DNA from: Thermoproteota archaeon
Lineage (GTDB): Archaea > Korarchaeota > Korarchaeia > Korarchaeales > Korarchaeaceae
NCBI GenBank assembly: GCA_027492205.1
Contig: JAOZFN010000007.1
Span: 76,271-110,825, forward strand
DNA: 34,555 bases
Reading direction: 5' to 3'
Position 1 is the stretch's first letter. Each line of letters starts with the position of its first letter. Under the pieces are notes generated by a model. The model was not told where the DNA came from, made no database searches, and saw only the letters and a list, made by a program, of their open reading frames with translations. Below, one piece after another: positions 18,839-27,500 of this stretch. Made by a program: the position numbers and the translations under genes.

Positions 18839-19429
18839 TCAGCGGCCCCTGAGCTTCAGAGAAACGTAGACCACCGCGGCGATCACTATGATGACGGAAA
18901 CCGGCTCTAGGTAGGCCTTCACCATTACCCAGTTCTCCTCCAAGACTACTCCCGCCCACACCAGCGCCGCGTTCCACGGGACGGAGCCGGCGATCGTGGT
19001 GAGCACGAGGGTGGTGAGTCCCACGCCGGCCATCCCGGCCGGAAGGGATATCACCGTCCTGACTACGGGGGCCATCCTGCCAATGAGGAGGGCGACAGCC
19101 CCCCTCTCCTGAAAGAAGTTCTCAGCGACGCGAAGGTGGTCCTCTTCAATCCACGGAATCCTCAAGACCGCTCTCCGACCCCACCTCCTCCCCACATAGT
19201 AGGCAACGGCCGAGCCCAGCAGATTACCCAAGACTCCCGCCGCAACCACACCGGCGAAGCTCATCTCTCCCCTAGCGACGAGAAATCCGGCAAAAGGCAT
19301 TACGATCTCGCTGGGAACGGGCATCAGGGCGCTCTCAAGCGCCATGAGGGCGACTATTGCCGGGTAGGATCCGGCGGCTATTGCGTTCACCATCGCCTCT
19401 ACGACCCGCTCCAGCAGACCTCCAAGCAT
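18839..19429 (-). CDS. DedA family membrane protein
   Basis: LESALMPVPSEIVMPFAGF, GRMAPVVRTVISLPAG. Confidence 0.92.
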   Translation of the reverse strand: MLGGLLERVVEAMVNAIAAGSYPAIVALMALESALMPVPSEIVMPFAGFLVARGEMSFAGVVAAGVLGNLLGSAVAYYVGRRWGRRAVLRIPWIEEDHLRVAENFFQERGAVALLIGRMAPVVRTVISLPAGMAGVGLTTLVLTTIAGSVPWNAALVWAGVVLEENWVMVKAYLEPVSVIIVIAAVVYVSLKLRGR

Positions 19430-19442
19430 ACGGAGAGCCCCC

Positions 19443-20033
19443 TCAACCGAGCGCCAGGCGCTCGGCCCTCCTCCTCGCCTCCTCTAGAACCTCCTGATAG
19501 AGGTTGCGGCCCGTTGAATCTATCGTCACGGTCAGCGGGCCGAACTCGTCGACCTCCACCACCCACATGGCCTCTGGGACGCCCAAGTCGAGCCAGTGGA
19601 CAGCAACGACTCTCCTGACGCTGGCAACCGCTAAGGCGCTCACGCCACCTGGGTGTTGAGCGTAGACCGCCCCGAACCTCCTCAGGGCCTCCGTGGTCTT
19701 CTGGAACATGCCTCCCTTGCCCACGACCATCCTGACCCCAAACCTCTCGATGAACTCGGCCTCAAGGTCCTCCATGCGGGCGCTGGTGGTCGGACCGAAC
19801 CCGTAGATCCTCCACTCGCCACCCTCCTCTCTCACTATCGGGCCGCAGTGGTAGACGACGCCGCCCTCCAGGTCGACGGGGATCTCCTCGCCTTTTCGGG
19901 CGAGTTCCAGGGCCCTCCTGTGCGCCTGGTCCCTGGCCGTGACTATGACCCCGGAGACATAGACTACGTCTCCCACCCTGAGCGCCCTAGCCTCCTCCCC
20001 AGAGATGGGAGTAGTGAGGCGGTACTCCGCCAT
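19443..20033 (-). CDS. class I fumarate hydratase / tartrate dehydratase beta subunit
   Basis: TARDQAH, YHCGP, GPTTSARM, GKGGM, DLGVPEAMW, TIDSTGRNL. Alternative start GTG 20039. Confidence 0.92.
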   Translation of the reverse strand: MAEYRLTTPISGEEARALRVGDVVYVSGVIVTARDQAHRRALELARKGEEIPVDLEGGVVYHCGPIVREEGGEWRIYGFGPTTSARMEDLEAEFIERFGVRMVVGKGGMFQKTTEALRRFGAVYAQHPGGVSALAVASVRRVVAVHWLDLGVPEAMWVVEVDEFGPLTVTIDSTGRNLYQEVLEEARRRAERLALG

Positions 20034-20048
20034 CTTCACCCCTCCACA

Positions 20049-20918
20049 TCAGGGCTCCAATATCTCGTAAGAGCCGTCTGGCCTGAACTCCACGAGGGCC
20101 CTCCTGGCCGCCCAGCATATCATCGATACGCCCACCGGCAGGCTCGCCGGATGCCTGTGAAGCCACTCCACGTGAACGCCCAGCGCGTAGGTCCTCCCGC
20201 CCAGCCCCATCGGTCCCATGCCAAGGGAGTTTATCTCCTCCAGAAGTCTCTCTTCGAGCTCTGCCACGGTGGAATCAGGGCTCTTGGTGCCGAGGGGCCT
20301 CATTGTGGCCCTCTTCGCGACCTTGAGCGCCGCGTCCGCCCCCCCGCCCACGCCAACCCCGACTATCACGGGCGGGCAGGGCTTGGGACCTGCCCTCAAG
20401 GCAGCGTCTATGACGGCCCTCTCGATTCCGGCGATTCCCCTGGACGGGCTGAGCATGTAGAGCGCCGAGACATTCTCGCTCCCTCCCCCCTTCGCCAGGT
20501 ACCTCACCCTGAGGCCGTCTCCCTCGACGACATCCCAGTGGATGATCGGGACCCCCCGTCCGGTGTTGTCGCCCGAGTTCTCGTTGGTCCACGGGTTCAC
20601 GGCGTTGGGCCTGAGGGGTACCTCCTCCGTCGCCCTCCTAACGGCCGATAGTATCGCCTCTCGCACTCCCGCCTTCAGGGGAAACCCCTCTCCAAGTTCC
20701 ACGTAGAAGGTCGGGGTGCCCGTGTCCTGACAGATGGGAAGACCCCCCTCCTCGGCTGCCCTCAGGTTTCTCAGTATGGCCTCCAAGATAGATCTCGCCA
20801 TGGGAGAGGTCTCCCGCTCCAATGCATCCTCCAGAGCCTTCTGCACGTCGGAGGGCAGCCGAATGGCCGCTCTCCTGATCGCCCGGTAGATCCCCTCCTC
20901 CACCACCTCGGCGAGCAG
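20049..20918 (-). CDS. class I fumarate hydratase / tartrate dehydratase alpha subunit
   Basis: PICQDTG, LRPNAV, KGGGSEN, CPPVIVGVGVGG, GPMGLGG, HPASLPV, CWAARR. Start is either GTG 20906 or CTG 20918 (6 nt after GGTGA). Confidence 0.92.
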   Translation of the reverse strand: MLAEVVEEGIYRAIRRAAIRLPSDVQKALEDALERETSPMARSILEAILRNLRAAEEGGLPICQDTGTPTFYVELGEGFPLKAGVREAILSAVRRATEEVPLRPNAVNPWTNENSGDNTGRGVPIIHWDVVEGDGLRVRYLAKGGGSENVSALYMLSPSRGIAGIERAVIDAALRAGPKPCPPVIVGVGVGGGADAALKVAKRATMRPLGTKSPDSTVAELEERLLEEINSLGMGPMGLGGRTYALGVHVEWLHRHPASLPVGVSMICWAARRALVEFRPDGSYEILEP

Positions 20919-20924
20919 GCACCA

Positions 20925-22229
20925 TCACCCCGACAGGTGGGAGGCCAGGAGCCTGCCGAGCCTAGTGATCCCCTGCCTTATCTCTTCCGGTGTCAAGTAG
21001 CTGTATCCCAGCCTCATCCCGTGCTTCCTAGGCCTCAGGGGCTCTAGGCTGTTCGTCTCCGGCTCGTATGAATATCCAAAGGGCGGGTAGAACGCCGACC
21101 CGGGCACGTAGGAGACGTCGTTCTTCAGGGCGACCTCGTTGAGGAACCAGTCGGAGTCGAAGTCCCTCTCGTCGGCGGACCACCAGATGAAGAATCCGCC
21201 CGTGGGAGTCGTCCTGTGCCCCGGAGGGAAGCTCTCGTCTATCGACTCCTCCATTGCCTCGCACCTCTCCCTGTAGCCCTCCCTGACCCTCAGGATATGC
21301 TCGTCGAAGTACTTCTCGTAGTACATGAGGGCCAGCTTCTGCATCAGGGTGGGCGTGCAGAGGTCCATGTACCCCTTAGCCTTCACCACCTGCTCCTTGA
21401 GCTTCGGAGGCATGTAGCTGTAGCCCACCCTGAAGACGGCCACCTCCTTGCTGGTGCTCCTCTGGTAGATCACGTACTCGTTGTTCTTGTCGTAGTACTT
21501 TATGGGCCTGTGGGGTTCTCCCCTGAACTGAATCTCCCTGTAGGCCGCGTCCTCTAATATGAAGGTCCCGATGCTCGCCGCCAGGTCGAAGAACTCCTTT
21601 CTGCGGCTCTCTGGCATTGTGGTGCCGGTGGGGTTGTCGGAGTCGGGGACCAGGTAGATGAGCTTCGGCTTCGAGCCCAGTTCCCTCTCTGCCAGCCCAA
21701 TGGCCGCCTCGACGTACTCGGGGACGACGCCGTCCGCGTCGGCCGGCACGGTCACGATCTTGGCCTGGAACTTGGCCGCCACGTTCACGAACCCTAGGTA
21801 GGCGGGCCTCTGAGTTATTATGACGTCGCCTGGATCGATCAGAGAGTCTAAGATAGCGTAGAGCGCCTGCTGGGAACCCGTGGTTATGATGATGTCCCTC
21901 CACCCCTCCTCGGGGTCGATCTCCAGCCCGTCTCTGGCCCTGAGCATCTTCCTGGCCAGGAGCTCTCTGAGTTCGGGAAGGCCCTCAGAGGGCCCGTAGT
22001 TGAAGTGCTCTATTATCTGCCTCTGCTCGCCTCGTAGGAGGAGGTCCATCTCCTCTAAGCCCAGCTCGACCAACAGACGCGGGAACACCCCGGTGGGGAG
22101 TACTCCCGGCTTGCCTCCGGCGAAGTAGTACCTCACCTTAACCCTGAGAAGCCTCCTTATCTCAGACTCCGGGATCAGGCGGGTCCAGGTGGCGAAGTCG
22201 AAGGCGACCGGCAGCTCCTCGCCTGCCAA
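20925..22229 (-). CDS. PLP-dependent class I/II aminotransferase (LysN/Aro8-like)
   Basis: FAGGKP, NYGPSEGLPELR, ITTGSQQAL, NPTG, EDAAY, STSK (PLP Lys), RVGY, YVPGSAF, MRLGYS. Confidence 0.9.
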   Translation of the reverse strand: MAGEELPVAFDFATWTRLIPESEIRRLLRVKVRYYFAGGKPGVLPTGVFPRLLVELGLEEMDLLLRGEQRQIIEHFNYGPSEGLPELRELLARKMLRARDGLEIDPEEGWRDIIITTGSQQALYAILDSLIDPGDVIITQRPAYLGFVNVAAKFQAKIVTVPADADGVVPEYVEAAIGLAERELGSKPKLIYLVPDSDNPTGTTMPESRRKEFFDLAASIGTFILEDAAYREIQFRGEPHRPIKYYDKNNEYVIYQRSTSKEVAVFRVGYSYMPPKLKEQVVKAKGYMDLCTPTLMQKLALMYYEKYFDEHILRVREGYRERCEAMEESIDESFPPGHRTTPTGGFFIWWSADERDFDSDWFLNEVALKNDVSYVPGSAFYPPFGYSYEPETNSLEPLRPRKHGMRLGYSYLTPEEIRQGITRLGRLLASHLSG

Positions 22230-22374
22230 AACTCACACCCGTCAGGACGCCACCTATACTGTTAATGATTTAAACCCTATCTATGCGGCAAGGCGCCGCC
22301 GAACGGCCTAGGTCTCCGGGAGATCCGTCGGGGCGCTATACCGGGGTCCAAAAAATGTAGGGGCTTGGCCCCGC

Positions 22375-22815
22375 CTACCAGCGAGGCCTCCGGTAGGAGC
22401 TCCCACCCTGATAGTGGCTTCCGCCCCTCCCGTAGCCCCTGCCCCCTCTCCTCCTTGGGCGCCAGCCCTCCGGGGCTTCGGGAGACTCGTCGGGGATCTG
22501 ATCAGCGGGCACGACCTCGGAGTCCTCGAGGGTCCTGATCGCGCCCCTCTGCCCGACGTTCAACTGAACCTTGCCCCTGAAGGCCGTCGTGAATCCGTTC
22601 TGGACCTCTATAACCTGGCCCTCTGAGACCGATCCGGCGTGCTCCCCCCAGAGGGTGAGCTTTATCCGGCCGGTCTCGTCACCGATGACGGCCTCGGACA
22701 AGGTTCTAAAACCAGACCTGGTTTCCACATCTCTCGTCTCGCCGACCTCGAGGACCCGGCCCTTGACGTTCACGCCGTCCTCGCCGGGCCTGAGATCGGA
22801 AATCTTCTTCTCCAT
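22375..22815 (-). CDS. ssb: crenarchaeal-type single-stranded DNA-binding protein (single OB fold, Gly/Arg tail)
   Basis: MEKKISDLRPG...VNVKGRVLE...SEAVIGDETGRIKLTLWG...TTAFRGKVQLN resembles Sulfolobus SSB. Start ATG 22815. Confidence 0.9.
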   Translation of the reverse strand: MEKKISDLRPGEDGVNVKGRVLEVGETRDVETRSGFRTLSEAVIGDETGRIKLTLWGEHAGSVSEGQVIEVQNGFTTAFRGKVQLNVGQRGAIRTLEDSEVVPADQIPDESPEAPEGWRPRRRGGRGYGRGGSHYQGGSSYRRPRW

Positions 22816-22939
22816 CTGGCCCGCACTTCCTCGGTTCGTTGGTATCGCCGGCCCTCGGTGAAATTTAAACGTGCGGCGGGGTGGCGCCGCAGCCCGGTGT
22901 GGGCCCGGCCGCCCGCGACCTGCGGGAAGGTGATCGGCG

Positions 22940-23227
22940 TTGTTCGACCTGGGTCCCTCGGAGATACTCCTGCTGATGATCCTAGCCCTCATATTGTTCG
23001 GCCCCAGCAAACTTCCTGAGCTCGGGAGGAGCTTAGGAGAGGCCTTGAGGGAGTTCAGAGAGGCCTCTCAGGGGAGACCTGCCCAGACCACTCCGGTGGC
23101 CCAAGAGATCCCTGGAGTCGGGGGGAAGACCGTCAGAGACCTGGCAAGGGATCTGGGGATTGACACGAGCGGAAAGAGCGACGAGGAGCTTGAGAGGCTT
23201 ATCCGAGGTCTGCTCAAGGCCCGGTAA
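22940..23227 (+). CDS. tatA: twin-arginine translocase TatA/E subunit
   Basis: LGPSEILLL...LFGPSKLPELGRSLGEALREFR. TTG start after GGTGA. Confidence 0.95.
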   Translation: MFDLGPSEILLLMILALILFGPSKLPELGRSLGEALREFREASQGRPAQTTPVAQEIPGVGGKTVRDLARDLGIDTSGKSDEELERLIRGLLKAR

Positions 23228-24080
23228 AGGCTTCGGCCTTCGGCTCAAGCCTGGCGGCGAGCAGCGTGGCGAGCCCGTAGAGTATGAAGAAGGGCAGCGT
23301 CAGCATCATCATGCTCACGGGAGTTGGGTCTGGCGTGATTATTGCGGCCACAGCCGATATCACGAAGAACACCGTTCTCCACTTTTTCTTCAGGGTATTT
23401 GACTTGATGAACCCCATCTTAGCGGCTAGAGCCACCGCGAGCGGGAACGTAAAGAACAGGCCGGAGGAGACCATGCCGAGCAGGACGAAGTTGAAGAATT
23501 GTTTAACCGAGAACGTGAGCTCCACGCCGGAACCCAGGTTTATCCAGGCTAGTATCGCAAACGTGGCTGGTATGATCAGGTAATAGGCATAGAAGGCCCC
23601 AAGCAGGAAGAGAATGGCGAATGCGAGTGAAAATCCTATCAGGAGCTTTTTCTCCCTTGGAAAGAGGGCCGGCCTCAGGTAGGCGTAAATCTGATAGCCC
23701 ACGTAGGGCGAGGTGATCAAGAGGCCGACTAGGATCGCCAGATATATCATGACCTCTATCCCGTCGAGCCACCCGTAGGCGATCAGCTTGATGTTGACCT
23801 CTTGGGCACCTAGGAGGGCTCCAAACCTGTTGGCGAACTTGTTCGTGGACTCTAGGAGGTGGTCCCGCATGTAGAAAAATATGCTCAAGACGAGTGGGGT
23901 GTACCCGCCGCCCCCCGGGTTTTTCCCGAAGACTAGAGAGGATGGAATCGCGGTGACCGCGATGGATGCGCCTATAACCGCGAAAAGCACCCTCCTCAGC
24001 CTGACCAGCAGCTCGACGACGTGCTCCTGGATGGGCCTAGGGACATCCTCGGGAGGCTGGGACAACCCCTCTCCCCCCAC
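23214..24080 (-). CDS. tatC: twin-arginine translocase TatC subunit
   Basis: EHVVELLVRL, SPYVGYQIYAYLRPALFPREK, AAIITPDPTPVSM. Start GTG 24080 or TTG 24065. Confidence 0.93.
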   Translation of the reverse strand: MGGEGLSQPPEDVPRPIQEHVVELLVRLRRVLFAVIGASIAVTAIPSSLVFGKNPGGGGYTPLVLSIFFYMRDHLLESTNKFANRFGALLGAQEVNIKLIAYGWLDGIEVMIYLAILVGLLITSPYVGYQIYAYLRPALFPREKKLLIGFSLAFAILFLLGAFYAYYLIIPATFAILAWINLGSGVELTFSVKQFFNFVLLGMVSSGLFFTFPLAVALAAKMGFIKSNTLKKKWRTVFFVISAVAAIITPDPTPVSMMMLTLPFFILYGLATLLAARLEPKAEAFTGP

Positions 24081-24126
24081 ATCCCAGGATCCGAACTTAG
24101 AGGACGGGTATTGGATGGGCTGGGAC

Positions 24127-24387
24127 TCAGGGGGACCTCTTCAAGACGACTCCCTCTCTGCAGAGACTCTCGAGGAACTCTTCTATGTCCCTAGCGGCCT
24201 GAACCTCGTCGTCGAACTCCCACTCGCCGGAGAGGAGGTTCACTATCCCCTCGGGGGATAGCCAGTCCCCGGAGATCAGGTTGAGCACGACCGACGCCTC
24301 CTCATTCAGCTCGTAGAGGTTGCCGCTCTCCTCGTCGACCAAGAAGCTCCCCTCGACGTAGGCCCCCTCTCGAAGTCTGTACTCCAG
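24127..24387 (-). CDS. stand-alone PqqD/RRE-family protein
   Basis: YRLREGAYVEGSFLVDEESGNLYELNEEASVVLNLI...EGIVNLLSGEW...RDIEEFLESLCREGVV fits the PqqD pattern. The frame is open to CTG 24387, with GGGTGA 6 nt upstream. Confidence 0.78.
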   Translation of the reverse strand: MEYRLREGAYVEGSFLVDEESGNLYELNEEASVVLNLISGDWLSPEGIVNLLSGEWEFDDEVQAARDIEEFLESLCREGVVLKRSP

Positions 24388-24519
24388 GCGCTATCACCCT
24401 CTCCCCGCCACCGCCCGACTCCGCTTATAACCGCTTGGGTCGGGTCAGGTGGGTCGAGAAAAACGCCCCCACCCACGGCGACCGCCGGCGAAGGGCGCGG
24501 CCCAGGTGGTGCGGGGCTC

Positions 24520-24535
24520 CAAAAAGGGGGAGGGG
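24520..24535 (-). terminator. candidate oligo-T terminator after the C25 gene
   Basis: Minus strand reads CCCCTCCCCCTTTTT shortly after the stop. Confidence 0.35.
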
Positions 24536-24548
24536 TGGCGTGAAAGGG

Positions 24549-27500
24549 TCACCCAGAGGCCGCAAAAATCCTGATGAGGTAGATGTCGCTGAACCCTGAG
24601 CTCTCACCCTCGAGGGAGAAGTACGCGGATCCGTCGGCGGACGCGCCGGCGCAGGCTGAGACGGTCCAATCGCCTAGGTCCACGTGGATGCGGTTGATCG
24701 GGCTGAGGGCCGGGTTGAAGGCCACCACGTCGAGGGAGCCCCCGGAGACCAGCGTCACCGCCACCGTCCCGGTCCCGGGCTCGACGGCCAGGCCGGGCGG
24801 ACCCCTCGGCTCGACCGCGTAGTACCCCACTCCGTGGAGCAGGTTCCCGCTGGCGTCCAGGTGGAGCGTCCAGGTCCAGGCGTCTCCCATCCCCTCGAAG
24901 AGCCCCAAGAACGCGACGTACAGATCTCCCGTCGGCGACGCGGTGAGCCTCGGGTAGATCGAGAGATCATCGTCCCTGGTGAGCCTCCTGGTCCAGAGCA
25001 CCTTTCCGCCGGAGGTGAGCTCCTTGAGCACGACCTCGTACTGGCCGTAGCTGTCGTCGGAGTAGGCGACGTAGATGTGGCCATCTGGGCCTACCGCCAC
25101 CGACGGCCAGAGGCTGTCCCCGGGGCTCCACCTGGCCATGGTGAGCCTCTTGGTCCAGAGCACCTTGCCCTGGGCCGACACCTTCTTGAGGTAGATCTCG
25201 AAGTTGCCCGGGCTGTCGTCGGAGTAGGCGACGTAGACGTATCCGTTCGGGGCCACGGCGACTGACGGGTAGATCGAGTCCCCGGGGCTCCACCTGGCCA
25301 TGGTGAGCCTCTTGGTCCACACGACGGTGCCGTCCCACTTGACCTTCTTGAGCACGACCTCGTACTGGCCGTAGCTGTCGTCGGAGTAGGCGACGTAGAC
25401 GTATCCGTTCGGGGCCACGGCGACGCTGGGCATCTCGCTGTCTCCGGAGCTGTAGGTCAGCCTCTTAGCCCACAGCCTGCCGCCCGCTGGACTGTACTTG
25501 GCGAGGTAGATCTCGTAGTCCCCGCCCACGAACGACTGGTATGCGACGTAGGCGTGTCCGGCCGGGCTGGTGGCGACCGAGGGGGCGTGATCTGGATTCG
25601 CGTCTGACGTCACCCGCTTCACCCAGTCCAGCCCGGTCCTCGTGGTGCCGGCCCCCTCGGAGAGCCAGTCGAGGACCCTCGACATGACCTCCGCGCGGTC
25701 GGCGGAGCTGTTGATGGCCTCGAAGCCGAAGGCGAAGTAGACGACCCTGTATACCCCGGTGTCCGCCCTGACGGCCCCGCACCCGTCGCCGGTGTACGTG
25801 AAGACGCAGACGCCGCCCTCCGCGGGGTTGACCTCCTCCTGCAACCACTGGTTCCAGGCGCCGTCCCCTCCCTCTATGCCGATCGTCAGGCCGTCGGATA
25901 TCGGATCTCCCGGGACCCCCTCCAGCTGGAAGATGTTGGAGTGCCCGACGTACTCCGCGTGGAGGTAGTAGCGGTAGAAGTCAAGCAGGTACGGGTCGTA
26001 GGCCCAGCTGTTGTAATCGTCTCCTATGTCCTGACCGGAGAGGAAGAGCCTGCCGCCGGAGTCGAGGTACTCCTCCAGGGCCCCTGCCGCGGAGAAAAGG
26101 TTGCCCCACAACCACCCAGGCGGGTCGGAGGGCGTGTACCAGATCGCGACCCCGTGCCCCCGCAGGTCACCAGCGTCGGGGTAGCCCAGGGCGTACGCGG
26201 GCCACACGTCGAAGTCCTCCCCGAGCCCAGACAGCGCGTCCTCGTAGTAGTGGGGCCACGTGAACTCGTAGTGGGCGTAGTCCCAGACGTCCTCGACCAG
26301 GAGCACCCTCGCTCCGGTCTGCGGGGGCACCGTGTGGAGGAAGAGCCAGCCCTCCATCCCGTCGGGGGACTCGGCCCTGACCAGGTACTCGCCCCTCCAC
26401 CCCGCCGAGAAGGAGTAGTCGAACTCTCCGCGCCCCTGGGCCAGGTCGTCCACGCGGTGTACGGTCCAGTTCACCCTGTAGACCGTGACCTCGTCGCCGG
26501 GGGAGGACACCCTTACAGCTGCGGGTCCGTCCGTCCAGTAGTAGGGCTCTCCGCTGAATGGGGAGTGGCCGTCCGGGTCCACGGCCTCGATCAGCGGGCG
26601 CTGGCCGGGCTGAGACCCTCCGCGCCGCGGGAGGGTCAGGGCTGGGTCCCCGAGCAGGGCGGTCTCCAGCAGGGTCCTCCTGTCGATCAACGCCGACCAG
26701 TCCGAGCCCGACACGTCATTCCACATAGCGTAGAGGCGCCAGGCCCCGAGGGCGGCGTCGCCCAGCGCCCTCACCCCCTCGCTGTATGAGAGGAAGAAGT
26801 TCTGGGTCATCTGGTCCATGTAGAACGGGTAGGCGTCTACCACGTACCCCTCGCTCTCTCCCCAGTCCAACCCTGCGTAGGCCACCCTGGTGGCCCCGAA
26901 GTACGCCACCCCTCCGGCCGGCGAAAGGAGCAGGCCCTCCCCGAAGGAGATGGGGAAGCCCACGCTCCACAGCTCCTCGTCGAACGCCGCGTTGTCGCAC
27001 GCCACCGAGACCACGACGGGCAGCTCCGTCGACTCCGGCATGGACAGCAGGTCGCCCACGTCCACCAGCTCGACGAAGCCCTCGAAGTTGTAGAGCCACA
27101 TCCCGTCTCCCGAGCCGTGGTTCACCTCGTAGATCAGGCCGTAACCCCCGCCGTAGGCCTCCAGGGCGGAGTCGGGGGTCAGGTCTCCCGTGGAGTAGTA
27201 CAGCTTGCGCACCCTAAAGTCGCTAAGGTAGCCCTCGTTGACCGTGTCGACGGAGAGCAGCTCCCCGTGGAATTCCTTGAATGGAAACGCCGGTCCAGCG
27301 ATGAGGGCGGCGCTCCAGAACCAGTCCCCCGGGCTCCAGGACGCGAGCTTGTCAACCACCTCCCCGGCCGCGCTAGAGTTCACGGGTAACCTTCCGACCG
27401 CGTAGTCGGGGACGAGGTCGTAGTCGGGCGAGGCGTAGAGGTAGTCCGTGGGGATCCAGGCCTCGTACCCGCCGCCCCACCAGCCCTCGTCGTAGTAGTA

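Noticed and set aside
20918-20927. Stop readthrough (Sec) fusing the aminotransferase to fumarase alpha, which share a frame
   Set aside because: The TGA falls at the normal end of the aminotransferase and forms part of the downstream SD; no SECIS or Sec context is evident. The same in-frame TGA/SD arrangement occurs at 31233.
24960-25600. CRISPR-like array
   Set aside because: The repeats are in-frame coding units of 162 bp with homologous intervening sequence; no cas genes.
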